Below, in pieces: positions 59,736 through 64,000 of a DNA stretch of 64,000 bases. The position numbers and the translations under genes are program-made. The DNA is from Anthoceros angustus (Eukaryota; Plantae; Anthocerotophyta), in assembly GCA_010909165.1 (NCBI GenBank), contig MU008165.1, positions 496,001 to 560,000 of the forward strand, written 5' to 3'. Position 1 is the first letter of the stretch, and each line of letters begins with the position of its first letter. Under the pieces are notes generated by a model. The model saw only the letters and a program-made list of their open reading frames with translations, searched no databases and had not been told where the DNA came from.

Positions 59736-62700
59736 TCAGGCTTCCTGTTTCAATTTTGGATGCTTCGTTTCCACTAGAAAACTATGAACGAAACCGTCCA
59801 TGTCTGTCCACCAGCTCTGACCCGGCTGCTTCCACGCCTTTTTTCTTAATCTCCTGTCCTGCAGTTCCTGTGCCTGCTCCCACATCTGGGCACCTCTGTA
59901 CATGTTCGACATCAAGGCATATGCTGCAGCATCGTTCTCGTCTAGCTTCACTGCTTGGTCGAAAGCATGACGTCCCATCTCCATGTTGCTCCACTTTCGA
60001 CAGGCACCCAACAGCGTGTGCCAAACTGCAGAATTGGGCTCAACAGGCATCGCGCGCACCAAAGCTAGCGCATCATCCAGTCGGCCTGCACGACCCAGAA
60101 GGTCCACCATGCATGCAAAGTGCTCCGCCTTGGGGGTGATGCTGTGGTGTCTGCTCATAGCATCAAAGTACTCTCGCCCCTTGCTAACAAGACCCGTATG
60201 GCTGCATACCGTTAGGACAGCAAGGAACGTGATCCCATCTGGCTGTATGCCATCATCTTGCATTCTGAGAACCAAGTCAAAGACCTCTTCACTGCACCCT
60301 TGGTGGCTATATCCTGCAACCAGTGCATTCCAGGTGACAATATTTCGTTCTGCAAGCGCCTCAAACACCTGTTGTGCATCAACCATGCTCCCAGACTTTC
60401 CATACATATTTATCAAACTATGGGCTACGACCAGATCAGCTTGAAGACCTCGTTCTTCAATCTGTGCATGTAGCTGCCTTCCCACATGCAAAGCTGCCAT
60501 ATTTGCACATGCCTGCAAGAGACACACATATGTCACGGAATTGGGTATAGCAATGTCTTCCTCTTCCATACGTCTGAAGAGATGAAGGGCTTCCGCGCCC
60601 ATGCATTGCTGGGAACAACCTGCAATCATCGTGTTCCACACCACCACATCCTTTTCTCCAACTCCATCAAACACTCTCTGGGCATCTCCCAAGCTGCCAC
60701 ACTTTGTATACATGTTCATCAAACTGCTCGCTAGAAACACATGAGCTTGAAGCCCAAGATTTCTTATTTCTGCATGAAGCTGCTTTCCTTTGTCTAATGC
60801 TGGACTGCCCACACTTGCACATGCCTGTAGGAGGCACACAAATGTCACACTATCTGGCACAGTGAGGCCCTCTTCTTGCATAGCAGTGTAGAGATGAAGG
60901 GCTTCCAGCCCCATGCCCTGCTGGGAATAGCGTGCTATCATGGCATTCCATGTCACAACATCTTTGTGACTAAGTCCAGCGAACACTCTTTGGGCATCGT
61001 CCAAGCTGCCACACTTTGCATACATATCCACCAAATTCTTGGCGATGAACACATCGGTTTCAAGTCCTTGTTTTCTCACTTGTGTATGAAGCTGCTTCCC
61101 TTGCTCCAATGCTGCGATGCCTACAGTTGCACATGCCTGCAGAAGGCACACAACTGTCGCAGAATCAAATACCGTAATACCATCTTCTTGCATAGCAGTG
61201 TATAGACGAAGAGCTTCATGGCCCTTGCCATGCTGCAAATATCCAGCAATCAGAGCAGTCCACGTCATGTCGTCTTTCGCACCCACGCTATCAAAGACTC
61301 TCTCTACATCTTCTAGGGAGACACACATTACATACATCTTAACCAAACTGCTTACTATGGTATCATCGTGTTTAAGCCCCTGTTCTCTGATTTGTGAATG
61401 AAGCTGCTTCCCCATCTCCAGCGCCGTTGTGCCAACAGCTGCGCATGCCTGCAGGAGGCACACAAATGTCACAGAATTGGGTGAAACACCGTCTTGTTGC
61501 ATAGCCTTATAAAGACCAAGGGCTTCCTTTCCCCTGCCCTGCTGCGAATATCCTGCTATCATAGCACTCCACGTTACCACGTTCTTTGGACCAAGTCGAT
61601 CAAACACACCACGAGCATCCTCTAGGCTGCCACACTTTGCATACATGTTTACCAAGTTGTTGGCTACAAACACATCACCATGATGTCCTTGTTCAATAAT
61701 TTGTGCATGAATCTGCTTCCCTGTGTCCAAAGCTGGGGCGCCAACACCTGCACATGCCTGCAGAAGGGACACAAATGTCATGGAGTTTGGTATGGCGATT
61801 CCTTCATCTTGCATAACACTGTGGAGTCGAAGCGCTTGCAGCCCCATGCCCTGCTGGGAATATCCTGCGATTAAAGTAGTCCATGTGACCACATCTTTTT
61901 GAGCAAGTCCATCAAACGCTCTCTCAGCATCCTCCAGGCTGCCACACTTTGCATACATGTTTACCAAACTGTTGGCTACAAACACATGAGATTCATATCC
62001 TTGTTCTCTAATTTGAACATGAATCTGCCTCCCCTTCTCCAAAGCGGGGTTGCCCACACTTGCACATGCCTGCAGGAGGCACAGAAAGGTCACAGAATCG
62101 GGGACAGCCCCATGCCCCTCCTGCTGCATAGCTCTGTAGATGGCAAGGGCTGCCTGCCCCATTCCCTGCCGGGCATACCCTCCTATCATGGCATTCCACA
62201 TCACCACAGTTTTCTGACCAAGTCCATCAAACACCCCCTGAGCATCCTCTAAGCTGCCACACTTTGCATACATGTCCACCAAGCAACTACTGACGAACAA
62301 ATCAGACTGAAGGCCACTAGCCAACACGTCGGCATGCACCAGCTGCCCAGTTTGTAAGTCTGCTCCCCTTGCACAAGCCTGAAGGGCTGCCACAAATACA
62401 TGCCCATCTGCCTTCACCCTGGACCTCCTCATCCGATGATACAGTTGTATGGCCTGCGTGTCGTGCCCGTGCTTAACATGAGCAGAAATTATGGAAGACC
62501 ACATGAAGGCATCTGGTTCTGCAACGAGGGTGAACACATCCATCGCGTCTTGCAACCTCCCATGACAAGCATACATTCGCAGGATGTGGTTGCACAGAAA
62601 CTTGTCCGACTTGTATCCCTTTTTCACCGTCAGACAATGCACCCGCCGACCGAGAACAAGATCCTTCTTCGTTACACATCTCTTCAGGACAGTATAAAAC

Positions 62701-62966
62701 AGAGATTTGGAAATACAACAGTCCGAATGCACCAAAACTTCTAAGGCTTCAACAGCCTCAGTCAGAAGGCCCTGATGACACAGCTTGCTCACGGTTGCAG
62801 CAGTTACGATCCTATCGTATCCTGCAGGCCCCAAGCTCAGCATCATCCGGGACGATCCCGTGGAGTTTGGTGGCACGACGGTCCATCCCCAAAACCAGGG
62901 TAGTGAGCTGCGCATCAACCCAAGCCCGCTTGTAGAAATCGTTCGTCTCCATCTCCAACCAGACAT
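59736..62966 (-). CDS. PLS-E PPR protein, WW-type, DYW truncated (8 P motifs)
   Basis: 1076-aa ORF ending AWKQPGQSWWTDMDGFVHSFLVETKHPKLKQEA*. Confidence 0.95.
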   Translation of the reverse strand: MSGWRWRRTISTSGLGLMRSSLPWFWGWTVVPPNSTGSSRMMLSLGPAGYDRIVTAATVSKLCHQGLLTEAVEALEVLVHSDCCISKSLFYTVLKRCVTKKDLVLGRRVHCLTVKKGYKSDKFLCNHILRMYACHGRLQDAMDVFTLVAEPDAFMWSSIISAHVKHGHDTQAIQLYHRMRRSRVKADGHVFVAALQACARGADLQTGQLVHADVLASGLQSDLFVSSCLVDMYAKCGSLEDAQGVFDGLGQKTVVMWNAMIGGYARQGMGQAALAIYRAMQQEGHGAVPDSVTFLCLLQACASVGNPALEKGRQIHVQIREQGYESHVFVANSLVNMYAKCGSLEDAERAFDGLAQKDVVTWTTLIAGYSQQGMGLQALRLHSVMQDEGIAIPNSMTFVSLLQACAGVGAPALDTGKQIHAQIIEQGHHGDVFVANNLVNMYAKCGSLEDARGVFDRLGPKNVVTWSAMIAGYSQQGRGKEALGLYKAMQQDGVSPNSVTFVCLLQACAAVGTTALEMGKQLHSQIREQGLKHDDTIVSSLVKMYVMCVSLEDVERVFDSVGAKDDMTWTALIAGYLQHGKGHEALRLYTAMQEDGITVFDSATVVCLLQACATVGIAALEQGKQLHTQVRKQGLETDVFIAKNLVDMYAKCGSLDDAQRVFAGLSHKDVVTWNAMIARYSQQGMGLEALHLYTAMQEEGLTVPDSVTFVCLLQACASVGSPALDKGKQLHAEIRNLGLQAHVFLASSLMNMYTKCGSLGDAQRVFDGVGEKDVVVWNTMIAGCSQQCMGAEALHLFRRMEEEDIAIPNSVTYVCLLQACANMAALHVGRQLHAQIEERGLQADLVVAHSLINMYGKSGSMVDAQQVFEALAERNIVTWNALVAGYSHQGCSEEVFDLVLRMQDDGIQPDGITFLAVLTVCSHTGLVSKGREYFDAMSRHHSITPKAEHFACMVDLLGRAGRLDDALALVRAMPVEPNSAVWHTLLGACRKWSNMEMGRHAFDQAVKLDENDAAAYALMSNMYRGAQMWEQAQELQDRRLRKKAWKQPGQSWWTDMDGFVHSFLVETKHPKLKQEA

Positions 62967-63249
62967 CCGCTTGGACGGGCTGGCACTTTTCCAAAGGCCC
63001 TGGACTTCGAGGCTTGCTTCTTAACCCACAATTGGCTGATTGAAGGCAGGCGGGCGGTAGCTCTCCGCTCTGCCATGGCTACCAGGATCACACTCCTTCG
63101 ATGACTCAAAGATCTTGGTGCGACATTACAGACTAAACGATCGTAGTCTTGAAGTACGTGGATGAAAGCTAAGATTCACTGATTCTGACTACAGCCGGGC
63201 GGAGCGAATGACATAGACCGTTGTCTTTGAGAGGACAAAGTGACAACCA

Positions 63250-63445
63250 TACCCAAGAAGCAGCGACCCAGTTCATGCAGATTAGTGGAACATGATGGAA
63301 TCACATGAAAAATAAGCGTGCGTAAATTGCGTGCAATGTGCCTGCGATGCATCCGAAGACATCGTAGGCAGCCAGCCCTCGGCGCACATCCCCTCGGGTA
63401 TCTGTCCAGATGTAGCACAGATCCTTCATTGAGAAATACATGTTC
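63250..63445 (-). pseudogene. Decayed DYW-domain remnant downstream of the last PPR
   Basis: Shifted-frame fragments HIARNLRTLIF, CDSIMFH and HELGRCFLG are collinear with DYW LIAKIExRTIICRDASRFHxFxxGxCSCG. Confidence 0.45.
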
Positions 63446-63449
63446 AGCT

Positions 63450-64000
63450 TTAGGAAACTGAAAAGCTATGCACCAGCCCGTCCATGTCTGTCCACCAGCT
63501 CTGACCAGGCTGCTTCCATGCCAACATTCTCATTCTCTTCGCATGCATATGCCGCGCTTGCTCCCACATCCGAGCACCAGTGTATATCTTGGACATGAGC
63601 AAATATGCTGTGGCATCTTTCTTGTCTAGCTTCACTGCTTGGTTGAAAGCATAGCGCCCCACCTCCACGTTGCTCCACTTTCCACAAGCACCCAACAGAG
63701 TACTCCAAACTACAGCGTCAGGCACTACAGGCATCGTCCTTACCAAAGCCAGTGCCTCATCCAGTTGGCCTGCACGGCCCAGGAGATCCACCATGCATGT
63801 GTAGTGCTCTACTGTTGGAGTGATGCTCTCAAGTCTCCTCATAGCATCGAAGTACTCTCGCCCCTTGTTCACCAGACCTGTATGACTGCATACTGTTAGA
63901 ACCCCAAGGAACGTGATGCCATCTGGCTGTATGCCATCCTCTCTCATTCTGAGAGCCAAATGAAAGACCTCATCACTGTCTCCTTGGTGGCTATAGCCTG
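63450..64000 (-). CDS. PLS-E PPR protein, WW-type, 3' part (gene extends beyond the window), DYW truncated
   Basis: P2-L2-S2-E motifs and AWKQPGQSWWTDMDGLVHSFSVS*. Confidence 0.93.
   Translation of the reverse strand, partial: GYSHQGDSDEVFHLALRMREDGIQPDGITFLGVLTVCSHTGLVNKGREYFDAMRRLESITPTVEHYTCMVDLLGRAGQLDEALALVRTMPVVPDAVVWSTLLGACGKWSNVEVGRYAFNQAVKLDKKDATAYLLMSKIYTGARMWEQARHMHAKRMRMLAWKQPGQSWWTDMDGLVHSFSVS

Overview
Gene-dense plant nuclear DNA with short GT-AG introns and small intergenic gaps. It is most likely from a hornwort or another spore-bearing plant with heavy organellar RNA editing, inferred from the abundant PLS-PPR genes with the 'PGQSWWTD' (WW-type) PG box and long-L motifs. 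The window holds eight PLS-class PPR genes. Six are close WW-type paralogues (two at 7-17 kb, a tandem array of four at 52-64 kb); each has lost the catalytic DYW deaminase at a different point, and decayed DYW sequence is still readable past several stop codons. Conserved genes: SPATA20-like, SINE1/2-like KASH protein, TTL/CCDC84 (CENATAC), a choline transporter-like protein, an F-box protein, DNA polymerase lambda, TMEM214-like, plastid triosephosphate isomerase, a 117-aa coiled-coil protein, a GNA-type lectin and tRNA-Leu(AAG). There is also a strictosidine-synthase-like pseudogene and an AT-rich repeat/TE island at 41.7-44.9 kb. Most notable: (i) a modular PPR array whose members differ in triplet number and recognition code and lack catalytic domains, (ii) OSB-type PDF-motif remnants at the N-termini of these PPRs, and (iii) an HMG-box + DPB3/CHRAC-type histone-fold fusion gene with E2F sites. 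Multi-exon genes are given as start-to-stop spans. No database searches were run; family calls rest on remembered motifs.
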